From: Synechococcus sp. UW140
Lineage (GTDB): Bacteria > Pseudomonadota > Gammaproteobacteria > Burkholderiales > Burkholderiaceae_C
Length of the DNA stretch: 64,000 nt
Direction: 5' to 3'
Assembly: GCA_943370375.1 (NCBI GenBank)
Contig: CALRQR020000012.1
Span: 4,968-68,967, forward strand
Numbering within the stretch: position 1 is the first letter of the stretch; the number at the start of each line of letters is the position of its first letter. The position numbers were made by a program, and so were the translations under genes. The notes beneath the pieces are model-generated. The model was not told the origin of the DNA. It made no database searches and was given only the letters and a program-made list of their open reading frames with translations. Positions 10,064 to 18,757 of the stretch are shown piece by piece.

Positions 10064-10331
10064 ATCGCCCTCTGAATTCGCTGTTACGTTTTGTGGCTTT
10101 TGCTGCTGTATTCGGTACGGCATTTTGCGCACCTGAATTGAGCATATGACGACGTATCAATCTTCGCCAAGGCCTGATGAAATCACGCTCGCGCATCATG
10201 GGCAAAGCGCTGGTGCGGCTTTGCGCGGGCTTTGGGCTGGGAGAACCGGCCCGCATTGGCACGGTAAAAATTCCCAAAATTTTTGCACCGCAAACGCACC
10301 TTGTTGGGGTGCGTGCGCGGCAGCAAGCCAC

Positions 10332-10961
10332 TCAGGCAGTGTCGGGAAAACACCTAGCAGGCGATGCCAGTGCGCCTTGCAGCAAAAGCCAGTCGAAGCC
10401 GGGACCCGGGTCCAGTTTGCGGCCCGGCGCGATGTGCTCATGCCCTGCAATGTGTGCGATGGGATAGGCCTGCTGGAGCGAGGCGCACAGCCCGATCAGA
10501 GTCTCGTATTGCGGCGCCTCAAAGAGGCCTCCTTCAAGGCCTTCCAGTTCAATGCCGATCGAGTCGTCATTGCAGTTGCTGCGCCCGCGGTAGCTGGACT
10601 CCCCTGCATGCCATGCCCGGTCATTGCAGCCCACAAACTGCCACAAGGCACCGGTGCGCGTAATAAAGAAATGCGATGAAACCTGCAGCCCGCGAATGCC
10701 CTGGAAGTAAGCGTGCGCCTCCCAGTCGAGCTCATTGGCAAAGAGGCGCTGGACATTGCCGTTGCCAAATTCGCCGGGCGGCAAGCTGATGGAGTGGATG
10801 ACGATCAGGTCGATCTGCGCGCCTTCGGGGCGCGCGCCGAAGTTGGGCGAGGCCTGAGCCCGGGCATAGCGGTACCAGCCGTTTTGCCACAAGGGCAGGG
10901 CGCGGCCCGAGGCGGATGCGCCGCCGGCTTCAGGCGGGGTCATCGGCGGTGCCCTGGCCAT
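10332..10961 (-). CDS. ampD: 1,6-anhydro-N-acetylmuramyl-L-alanine amidase
   Basis: LIVIHSISLPPGEFG ... RAWHAGESSYRGRSNCNDDSIGIELEG ... GHEHIAPGRKLDPGPGFDW matches AmpD almost motif for motif. An alternative start is at 10943. The gene overlaps the 3' end of the upstream regulator gene. Confidence 0.92.
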   Translation of the reverse strand: MARAPPMTPPEAGGASASGRALPLWQNGWYRYARAQASPNFGARPEGAQIDLIVIHSISLPPGEFGNGNVQRLFANELDWEAHAYFQGIRGLQVSSHFFITRTGALWQFVGCNDRAWHAGESSYRGRSNCNDDSIGIELEGLEGGLFEAPQYETLIGLCASLQQAYPIAHIAGHEHIAPGRKLDPGPGFDWLLLQGALASPARCFPDTA

Positions 10962-12384
10962 CGTCAGGGTCGTCGCTGCCTGGCGTGACGATGTTCAGGC
11001 GCGCAATCCGGTAGCGTATCTGGCGAAGGGTCAGGCCCAGCCGGGACGCCGCCGCGGTCCGGTTGAAGCCGGTTTCCAGCAACACCTTCGTGAGGATGCT
11101 GCGTTCTTGCCGGTCCAGGTAATCCTGCAGGTTCTCCGGAACCGCGACGTGCTCCTCGGCCGGCGCGTCGAAGTGCAGTTCGCTGCCGTCGCCCAGCGCC
11201 ACGGCGCGGTGCAGGGTGTTTTCAAGTTCCCGGACATTGCCGTTGAAGGGCAGGGAGCGCAGCTGTTCCATCACGGCGTCTGTCAGCGCGGGAATGGCGA
11301 AGCCGGACTCCTGGCAGATTCTTGAAAGCAGCGCGTTGCACAGCGCGGGGAGGTCTTCGCGCCGTTCGCGCAGAGGCGGCACGACAATCTCGATCACGTT
11401 GAGCCGGTAATACAGGTCCTGGCGAAAGGTGCCCTGCGCCACTTCGGCGGCCAGGTCTTTGTGGGTCGCGCTGACAATACGCACGTCGACGGTGTCTTCC
11501 TGAGGCGACCCGAGCGGGCGCACCGTGCGCTCCTGGATGGCCCGCAAAAGCTTGGACTGCATGGCCAGGGGCAGATCGCCGATCTCGTCGAGAAAGAGTG
11601 TCCCGCCTTTGGCCGCCTGGAAGTAGCCCTGCCGGTCCTGTGACGAGCCGGTATAGGCACCCTTGCGCGCGCCGAAAAATTCCGCCTCGAGAAGATTCTC
11701 CGGGATGGCGCTGCAGTTGACCGCCACGAAAGGCCCGCCCGCCCGATGGCTGCAGCCATGCACGGCGCGCGCGACCAGTTCCTTGCCGGTGCCCGATTCG
11801 CCCTGTATCAAGATGGGCGCCATGCTGCCGGCCACCTTGACGATGCGCGACTTCACGGCGCGCATGACCGGCGACTCTCCGACCAGTTTCTTCAAGATCA
11901 CCGGCGTGTCAGCCGCCGTCGGCAGAGGAATCGCCAGTGGCGCAATGAACGAGTCCGCCGGGCTGCGCTCGGCCTTGGCAGCCGGCACGGGGTGTTTTGC
12001 GCCCAGCACGGCCGACGCCACGACGCTGCGAAATTGCTTGAGGTCTACCGGTTTGGTGAGGTAGTCAAACGCGCCGGCCTTGAGGGCTTCCACCGCATTT
12101 TCGGCAGAGCCGTGCGCCGTGATGACCACACAGCGCTCCGGCCTTTGCTGGGCGACCAGGTCGCGCAGCAGTTCAAGCCCCAGGCCGTCAGGCAGACGCA
12201 TGTCGGTAATGACCGCGTCGAAGCGGTTTTCGCTGAGCTGCTGGCGGGCCTGCAGCAGGTCGCCGGCGGCTTCCACCCGATAGCCTTCCCTGAGCAAGGT
12301 CAGCTCATAGAGGGTTCGCAGGTCCGGCTCGTCGTCAATGACGAGGATGCGGGCTTGCTGGGGAGTGGGGGTTTGCGTGCTCAT
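10930..12384 (-). CDS. pilR: sigma-54-dependent response regulator, PilR-like (NtrC family)
   Basis: REC domain (ILVIDDEPD...TDMRLPDG), AAA+ domain with GESGTGKE and GAFTG-like GAYTG, and a C-terminal Fis-type HTH (NRTAAASRLGLTLRQIRYRI). The listed start at 12396 is TTG, so I use the ATG at 12384. Confidence 0.88.
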   Translation of the reverse strand: MSTQTPTPQQARILVIDDEPDLRTLYELTLLREGYRVEAAGDLLQARQQLSENRFDAVITDMRLPDGLGLELLRDLVAQQRPERCVVITAHGSAENAVEALKAGAFDYLTKPVDLKQFRSVVASAVLGAKHPVPAAKAERSPADSFIAPLAIPLPTAADTPVILKKLVGESPVMRAVKSRIVKVAGSMAPILIQGESGTGKELVARAVHGCSHRAGGPFVAVNCSAIPENLLEAEFFGARKGAYTGSSQDRQGYFQAAKGGTLFLDEIGDLPLAMQSKLLRAIQERTVRPLGSPQEDTVDVRIVSATHKDLAAEVAQGTFRQDLYYRLNVIEIVVPPLRERREDLPALCNALLSRICQESGFAIPALTDAVMEQLRSLPFNGNVRELENTLHRAVALGDGSELHFDAPAEEHVAVPENLQDYLDRQERSILTKVLLETGFNRTAAASRLGLTLRQIRYRIARLNIVTPGSDDPDDGQGTADDPA

Positions 12385-12392
12385 GTCGTCCG

Positions 12393-14108
12393 TCAAGTGG
12401 GCATTGTGGCAAAAGACGGCGAACGCGTGTTCGATGCCGAAGGCGTGGGCTTGAACATGACAAAGAATTCGTTGCCGTCGATGCCCGCACGCTGCACGCG
12501 CTGGTAGCCGATCAGCGCGCCATAACGCTCACACAGTTCCCGGCAGATGTAGAGGCCCAGACCGCTGGAGCGGCTTTCCGACGAGAAAAACGGCTCAAAC
12601 AGGTGGGTCTGGACGGTTTGCTCCAGCGGCTGCCCGTCGCTCCACACTGAGAGGATGGCCTGCCCCGTCGGAACGAACTGCGTACTCACCTCGATGGCCC
12701 GGGGGGAGGTGCTGGCGTAGCGCAAGGCGTTGTCCAGCAAATTGATCATCAGGCGGCGCAAGTGCTCGGGTTCAAAGCACACGGCGGCGTTGCCCGAGCC
12801 TGCCGTGATGCCCATTCGCTCTGACGCGGCGGATTGCGCGGCCCAGTCGGCGGTGATTTTCTGGACGGTTTCGTCCAGCGCCAGCGTGGTTGTTTCCGGC
12901 GCAGGCAGCTGCGCCTGGGCCCGGGAGATATTCAGCACTTCGTCGACGATCTTGGCCAGGCGCTGCGCGTTTTGCCTGACCATGGCCGTGAGCAGGCGGT
13001 GGCCTGAGTCCTGCAGGTCTTCTTCGAGCAGTGCATTGGCCTGAGAGATAGCCGCCAGCGGATTCCTGATCTCATGGGCCACCGCGGCAGACATGCGCCC
13101 CATGGCGGCCATTTTTTCCGTTCGCACCCGTGCCTCCATCTCACGCAGGTCTTCGAGAAACATGACGCAAAGGCTCTCGTGCGTCCCGTTTTGCGAAGCG
13201 GCCAGCCGCGTGCGCACATGCAGCCGCCGGGGGGGAGTGTCCGGATACTCGAGGGTGACATCAGCCTCCTGGGGCAGATGCGAGCTGAAAGTGCGGTGCG
13301 TTAACTCCGCCAGGGGTTGCCATGCGGCCTCGGTCGCCAGGATAAAAGGCGCATTGCGCACGGCGTCATTGGCCGTCAGCAGCCGCCGGGACGCGGGGTT
13401 GGCCGAGCGGACGATGCCATTGATATCGACCACCAGCACGCCGTCGGCCAATGTCTCAATAACCAGTTCGTTGACCTGGATCTGCATGCGCGCAGCCGAC
13501 TGGCTGCGCTTTGCCGATTGCTCTTCCCGTGCAAGGCGCAGGGCGAGGTGGTTGGCGAGCAAGGCCACCAGAAAGAAACCGGAGCCGCTCAGCCCCGACT
13601 GCAAAAAGCGCGCGCTGGAGTCGCCCACCTGCTGCAACGAGCTCGACCACGCGTCAACCAGCAGCAGCAGCGTGACGCTCGCCGCCGTACCAAATGCCAG
13701 CAAGATCGGACCGAGGATGGACGACAGCAGCACGGGCAAGGCAAACAGCGGGGTGTAATTGATGCCGCTTGATTGCAGGAAGTTGAGCACCGAGAAGGTG
13801 ATCACGTCCACGCCGATGGTCAATACCCATTGCGTGTCGAAGGTACGGCCCGGCGGCCGCGGCCTGGCCCATAGCCGCACGATCAGCGTGGCGCACAGGT
13901 AGGCGATGCAGACGCCGATCGACCAGCCGTTGGTGATATTGCCCAGGGCATAAATGACGGCCTGCAGGATCACCAGCACCGCGGCAATCGCCACGCGCGC
14001 CGTCATGAACACGCGCCAGAGGCGGCCGAACGAGCTGTGCTCCGGTTCTGCTTCCCAGGCGCCGGACATCTTGTCGCCCGTTTCAAACCAATGGGATGGC
14101 GTGCTCAT
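12393..14108 (-). CDS. pilS: multi-TM PAS sensor histidine kinase, PilS-like
   Basis: About six N-terminal TM helices, a PAS segment, an H-box (SAAVAHEIRNPL) and N/G boxes (LLDNALRY, GLGLYICRELC). The start is placed at the ATG at 14108, downstream of the PP0621-family stop. Confidence 0.85.
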   Translation of the reverse strand: MSTPSHWFETGDKMSGAWEAEPEHSSFGRLWRVFMTARVAIAAVLVILQAVIYALGNITNGWSIGVCIAYLCATLIVRLWARPRPPGRTFDTQWVLTIGVDVITFSVLNFLQSSGINYTPLFALPVLLSSILGPILLAFGTAASVTLLLLVDAWSSSLQQVGDSSARFLQSGLSGSGFFLVALLANHLALRLAREEQSAKRSQSAARMQIQVNELVIETLADGVLVVDINGIVRSANPASRRLLTANDAVRNAPFILATEAAWQPLAELTHRTFSSHLPQEADVTLEYPDTPPRRLHVRTRLAASQNGTHESLCVMFLEDLREMEARVRTEKMAAMGRMSAAVAHEIRNPLAAISQANALLEEDLQDSGHRLLTAMVRQNAQRLAKIVDEVLNISRAQAQLPAPETTTLALDETVQKITADWAAQSAASERMGITAGSGNAAVCFEPEHLRRLMINLLDNALRYASTSPRAIEVSTQFVPTGQAILSVWSDGQPLEQTVQTHLFEPFFSSESRSSGLGLYICRELCERYGALIGYQRVQRAGIDGNEFFVMFKPTPSASNTRSPSFATMPT

Positions 14109-14124
14109 CTGTGGCCTGTTGACA

Positions 14125-14373
14125 CTATGTTTTGTCCCCGGCCTGGCGGCGGTGCGCGTCGCTGCAATAGACACCCTTGCCTGCGATCAGCGCTTCGGAT
14201 TTCGGCAAATGCAAGCCGCAGACCTCACAGGCCACCATTTCGGCGACCGCGGTTCCGGGTTTTGGAGAGGCCGGTGCACGGGTCGCCGCGGCGTCTTTTC
14301 TTTCTGCGTCCCGGTTGTTCCGCCAGAGCCAGAACACCACCAGCACCAGGGCTGCGACCAACACATATTTCAT
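14125..14373 (-). CDS. PP0621-family small membrane-anchored Cys-rich protein
   Basis: 82 aa with an N-terminal TM helix (MKYVLVAALVLVVFWLW) and a C-terminal CEVCGLHLP...YCSDAHR metal-binding-type motif. Its ATG overlaps the stop of the upstream gene as ATGA. Confidence 0.75.
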   Translation of the reverse strand: MKYVLVAALVLVVFWLWRNNRDAERKDAAATRAPASPKPGTAVAEMVACEVCGLHLPKSEALIAGKGVYCSDAHRRQAGDKT

Positions 14374-15170
14374 ACACGCCTCAAGATAACTTCAAGCACG
14401 AAGCGCGAACCCGCATAGCCCAGCAGCAGCAGGCCCGACCCCAGGTACAGCACGTTCACCGCCTTGCGGCCGCGCCAGCCCAGGCGCGCCCTGCCGATCA
14501 GCAGGCCGGCAAAGGTCAGCCAGGCCAGCACCGAAAACACGGTTTTGTGGTTCCACTTCCAGGCCAGCCCCGGCCCGTAGAGCGTTTCGGCGAACAGCCA
14601 GCCGACAAACAGCGTGGCCGACAGCAGCACAAAGCCGGCTTCCACGAAGCGGAAGGTGAGGCGTTCCAGCGTGAGCAGCGGCACGCCGGCATCGGTTTGC
14701 GCGGCCTGGCGGATGGCGCGCTCGGACCGCGTCATCAGCCAGCCATGCACGACGGCCGCGGCGAACAGCCCATAAGAGGCAATGCCCAAGGCCCAGTGCA
14801 GCGGCAGCCAGGGCGAGGCGATGGCGTGGTAAGTGGTCCCCGGGAAAATGACGGTCAGGATGACCGCTGCGCTGCCCAGGCCGGCCAGCGCCCAATGGGC
14901 ATGGAGCTGCGGAAAGAGGCGGCTTTCAATGGCGTAGACGGTCAGCACCAGCCAGACGGTCATGGACAGGGCCGGCGCAAAGCCGAAACGGGGCGGTTCG
15001 CCCAGCAGGCCGTCGGCCAGCGCCAGCGCGTGCAGCAGCCAGGCGGCCAGCAGCACGGCGCGTGTGGTGCTGGCACTCAGGCGCGAGGTGGCCAGCGCCA
15101 GCACGGCATAGGCGATGGCAGCGCCGGCCGCCGCCGCAAGACCCCACCAGGCGCTCAAAGCTAAAATCAT
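14370..15170 (-). CDS. cytochrome c assembly family (CcsA/YpjD-like) inner membrane protein
   Basis: 266 aa, polytopic and Trp-rich (WLPLHWALG, WKWNHKT). It is divergent from ffh, the usual ypjD position. Confidence 0.8.
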   Translation of the reverse strand: MILALSAWWGLAAAAGAAIAYAVLALATSRLSASTTRAVLLAAWLLHALALADGLLGEPPRFGFAPALSMTVWLVLTVYAIESRLFPQLHAHWALAGLGSAAVILTVIFPGTTYHAIASPWLPLHWALGIASYGLFAAAVVHGWLMTRSERAIRQAAQTDAGVPLLTLERLTFRFVEAGFVLLSATLFVGWLFAETLYGPGLAWKWNHKTVFSVLAWLTFAGLLIGRARLGWRGRKAVNVLYLGSGLLLLGYAGSRFVLEVILRRV

Positions 15171-15269
15171 GGCTAGAGTTTAGCCTTTACTGTCTTTTCC
15201 GCCGCCTTCGGGGCGGCCCTGGCGGTTTCACTTTCCCACCTAACTGCCCCACGCCCGTGGCGCCTTCCC

Positions 15270-16628
15270 ATGGCTTCAGCCCTTACCGACAAGTTATCCC
15301 GCCTCGTCAAGGAAATGCGAGGCCAGGCCCGCATCACCGAATCCAATGTGCAGGACATGCTGCGCGAAGTGCGCATGGCGCTGCTGGAGGCCGACGTGGC
15401 GCTGCCGGTGGTGCGCGACTTCATTGCCCGGGTCAAGGACAAGGCGCTCGGCCAGGAAGTCATGGGATCGCTGTCGCCCGGGCAGGCCTTGGTCGGCATC
15501 GTCAGCCGCGAACTGGCGGCGACCATGGGCGAAGGGGTGAGCGACATCAACCTGGCGGCGCAGCCGCCTGCCGTCATCCTGATGGCCGGCCTGCAGGGCG
15601 CGGGTAAAACCACCACCACCGCCAAGCTGGCCAAGCACCTGATTGAAAAGCGCAAGAAAAAAGTGCTGACGGTCTCGGGCGACGTGTACCGCCCGGCCGC
15701 CATCGAGCAGCTCAAGACGGTCACCAAACAGGCCGGCGCCGAGTGGTTTCCCAGCACGCCCGACCAGAAACCGGCCGACATCGCCCGCGCCGCCATTGAT
15801 TACGCGCGCAAGCATTTCTTTGACGTGCTGCTGGTCGATACAGCGGGTCGCCTGGCCATTGATGAGGCCCTGATGGCCGAAATCAAGGAATTGCACGCGA
15901 TTCTGAACCCGGTCGAGACCCTCTTTGTGGTCGATGCCATGCAGGGCCAGGACGCGGTCAACACCGCCAAGGCCTTCAAGGAGGCTTTGCCGCTGACCGG
16001 CATCATCCTGACCAAAACCGACGGCGATTCGCGCGGCGGCGCGGCGCTCAGTGTGCGGCAAGTCACCGGCGCACCCATCAAGTTCTCCGGCACCAGCGAG
16101 AAGATCGACGGCCTGGAGGTGTTTGACGCCGAGCGCCACGCAGGCCGCATCCTGGGCATGGGCGATATCGTCGCGCTGGTCGAGCAGGTCGCTGCCGGCG
16201 TCGACATGGCCTCCGCCCAGAAGCTCGCCGCCAAGATCAAGTCCGGTGACGGCTTTGACCTCAACGACTTTCTCAGCCAGCTGCAGCAGATGAAAAACAT
16301 GGGCGGGCTGTCCAGCCTGCTGGAAAAGCTGCCCGCACAAATGGCCGCCAAAGCCGGCCAGGTCGACATGAACAAGGCCGAAAAAGACATCAAGCGCAAG
16401 GAAGGCATCATCCAGAGCATGACGCCGCTGGAGCGCCGCAAGCCCGAACTCATCAAGGCCACCCGCAAGCGCCGTATTGCCGCCGGTTCCGGCGTGCACG
16501 TTCAGGAGGTCAACCGCCTGCTCAACGAGTTTGAGCAGATGCAGGGCATGATGAAGAAGATGAAGGGCAGCGGCATGGTGAAGATGATGAAGCGCATGGG
16601 CGGCATGAAGGGCATGCCGAAGTTCTAG
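15270..16628 (+). CDS. ffh: signal recognition particle protein
   Basis: NG domain with GLQGAGKTTT, DTAGRL and TKTDGD, followed by a Met-rich M domain. Confidence 0.97.
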   Translation: MASALTDKLSRLVKEMRGQARITESNVQDMLREVRMALLEADVALPVVRDFIARVKDKALGQEVMGSLSPGQALVGIVSRELAATMGEGVSDINLAAQPPAVILMAGLQGAGKTTTTAKLAKHLIEKRKKKVLTVSGDVYRPAAIEQLKTVTKQAGAEWFPSTPDQKPADIARAAIDYARKHFFDVLLVDTAGRLAIDEALMAEIKELHAILNPVETLFVVDAMQGQDAVNTAKAFKEALPLTGIILTKTDGDSRGGAALSVRQVTGAPIKFSGTSEKIDGLEVFDAERHAGRILGMGDIVALVEQVAAGVDMASAQKLAAKIKSGDGFDLNDFLSQLQQMKNMGGLSSLLEKLPAQMAAKAGQVDMNKAEKDIKRKEGIIQSMTPLERRKPELIKATRKRRIAAGSGVHVQEVNRLLNEFEQMQGMMKKMKGSGMVKMMKRMGGMKGMPKF

Positions 16629-16652
16629 TCAGCCAGTTTCTTAAGCAAAAAA

Positions 16653-16701
16653 GGCCTTTAGCCAAATAACTGCCTGGGCTTATAGCTATTAAATTGATAG
16701 C
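16653..16701 (-). repeat. Type-1 intergenic repeat, copy 2
   Basis: The reverse complement reads GCTATCAATTTAATAGCTATAAGCCCAGGCAGTTATTTGGCTAAAGGCC. Confidence 0.7.
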
Positions 16702-16711
16702 ACTTATCGCC

Positions 16712-16739
16712 AAAAAAAGCCGCTTGAAGCGGCTTTTTT
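16712..16739. terminator. bidirectional rho-independent terminator (ffh / opgH convergent)
   Basis: AAAAAAAGCCGCTTGAAGCGGCTTTTTT: a GC stem flanked by an A-run and a T-run. Confidence 0.8.
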
Positions 16740-16756
16740 CATGGGCGTTCAAACGG

Positions 16757-18757
16757 TCACGCCGCCTTCAGCAGCGGCTTGGCCAGCCGGCTTGCATGCA
16801 GCCAGGCGCGGCGCAGCACCGCCGGCGAACGGGTCTCTTCCGGAATCAGCAGGTAGTTCTGAGCCCGCAGGGCCGTGCCCACGCCGACCTTGCTGGTGAG
16901 CACCGTCATCGGAATTGCCAGCAGCAGCGGCAGGCCGACCGGGATCAACCAGACCAGCGCGCGCGCATCGATCACGGCAATGCCAATGGCCAACAGCACG
17001 ATCACGCCCGACATGGGCGCCAGCTGCCTCAGCGCGTGGCGCCACGGCACGGCGGCCGCTTCGCGCGGCGGCGACTTCCATTCGAGCTTCAGGCCGGTCA
17101 GGGCCACCACCACAAACAGCGAATGCGCCAGCATGCGGATGGGCGCTTGCAGCAGCGCGATCAGGGTTTCGAGCAGTGCACTGCGCAACAGGCTGGCGGT
17201 GCCGCCGTAAGAGGCTTGCTGGCGGTTGACCAGCACGGCCACGATGCCCAGGATGCGCGGCAGGAACAGCATGCACAGCGTCCAGCCCCACAGCGCCATC
17301 AGCTCGCCGGGCAACAGCGTCCAGTCGGCAATCATGGGTGAGCCCGACAGCCACAGCGCCGTACCCAGCGTGAGGAAACAAAGCCACAGCGGCGCCGACA
17401 GATACGCCATCGCGCCGGTGCCGAACATCGAGCGGTGCACCGGGTGAATGCCCGGCTCGGCGATCAGGCGGGAGTTTTGCAGGTTGCCCTGGCACCAGCG
17501 GCGGTCGCGCTGCAGCTCGGCCAGCAAATCCGGCGGCTGCTGCTCGTAGCTGCCCACCAGGTCGCCCACCAGCCACACGTGGTAGCCGGCGCGGCGCATC
17601 AGCGCGGCCTCGACAAAATCGTGCGACATGATGCTGCCGGCCATGCCGCCCGTGCCCTTGATGTGCGCCAGCGCGCAGTGCTTCATGAAGGGCTCAATGC
17701 GGATGATGGCGTTGTGGCCCCAGTAGTGGGACTCGCCCATCTGCCAGAACTGCATGCCCAGCGTAAAGAGGCGGCCTGTCACGCGCGAGGCAAATTGCTG
17801 CGCGCGTGCATGCAGGGTCACGTGGCCGATGGCCTGCGTGGCGGTCTGGATGATGCCGGCCTTGGGGTTCGCTTCCATCAGCTTGACCATGGAGACCAGG
17901 CAGTCGCCGCTCATCACGCTGTCGGCGTCCAGCACCACCATGTAGCGGTAGTCCTTGCCCCAGCGGCGGCAAAAGTCCGCCACATTGCCGGCCTTGCGGT
18001 CGGTGCGGCGTTTGCGCAGGCGGTAATACACCTCGATCTGCGGCTGGTCCGGGCGGCCTGCCAATTGCGTGCGCAGGTCTTCCCACGCGGCGCGCTCGGC
18101 CTTGATGATGGCCGGGTTGTTGCTGTCCGACAGCACGAACACGTCAAAACTTTGGACGTGGCCGGTCATTGCGACCGACTCGCAGGTGGCGCGCAGGCCG
18201 GCGAACACGGTGCGCACATCCTCGTTGCAGATCGGCATGATGATCGCGGTGCGGGTGGAGGCATCCAGCGGGACATGCTGGACTTTTTTGGCCGACAGCG
18301 CGTGCTTGTCGCCGTAAATCGTCACGTAAAAACCCATCATCGCCGTCATGAAGCCCGTCACCACCCAGGCTGACAGCAGCGCAAACAGGGTGATCTGGCC
18401 GTATTGCAGCCAGGCGTTGTCGTAGTCGGGCTGCATGTCGGCAAAGATGCTGGTCGCCAGCACCGTGCTGACCAGCGTCAGTATCAAAAATACCGCGCGG
18501 CGGCGCCTGGCTGCGCGCTGCCAGGGCTCGGGCCGCGGTGAGGGCAAGGGGCGCAGGGCAGCAGAGTCCGCCGCCTTGAACAGTGACAGCACGGGCAGCA
18601 GCAGGGCGGTTGCCATGCTGTTCCAGAAGCCGCGCCAGGGGCGCGGCGCCATCGAGCCGCGGTTCAGCGGCGGCGCCGTGACCGAATTCGGATGACGTTC
18701 CTCACGCAGGGGGCTGCGCGGGGCAGCGGTGGTCAGGGTGTGATCAGGTTGGTCCAT
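16757..18757 (-). CDS. opgH: glucans biosynthesis glucosyltransferase H
   Basis: GT2 core (IIMPICNEDV, VLDADSVMSGD, QRDRRWCQGNLQ) flanked by multiple TM helices. Confidence 0.93.
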   Translation of the reverse strand: MDQPDHTLTTAAPRSPLREERHPNSVTAPPLNRGSMAPRPWRGFWNSMATALLLPVLSLFKAADSAALRPLPSPRPEPWQRAARRRRAVFLILTLVSTVLATSIFADMQPDYDNAWLQYGQITLFALLSAWVVTGFMTAMMGFYVTIYGDKHALSAKKVQHVPLDASTRTAIIMPICNEDVRTVFAGLRATCESVAMTGHVQSFDVFVLSDSNNPAIIKAERAAWEDLRTQLAGRPDQPQIEVYYRLRKRRTDRKAGNVADFCRRWGKDYRYMVVLDADSVMSGDCLVSMVKLMEANPKAGIIQTATQAIGHVTLHARAQQFASRVTGRLFTLGMQFWQMGESHYWGHNAIIRIEPFMKHCALAHIKGTGGMAGSIMSHDFVEAALMRRAGYHVWLVGDLVGSYEQQPPDLLAELQRDRRWCQGNLQNSRLIAEPGIHPVHRSMFGTGAMAYLSAPLWLCFLTLGTALWLSGSPMIADWTLLPGELMALWGWTLCMLFLPRILGIVAVLVNRQQASYGGTASLLRSALLETLIALLQAPIRMLAHSLFVVVALTGLKLEWKSPPREAAAVPWRHALRQLAPMSGVIVLLAIGIAVIDARALVWLIPVGLPLLLAIPMTVLTSKVGVGTALRAQNYLLIPEETRSPAVLRRAWLHASRLAKPLLKAA

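Noticed and set aside
10257-10275. TGGCAC hexamer (TTGGCACGGTAAAAATTCC) in the ampD-nrdA spacer as a possible second sigma-54 promoter.
   Set aside because: There is no TTGC or GC element at the required +5 spacing, and it points into the 3' end of ampD on the wrong strand.
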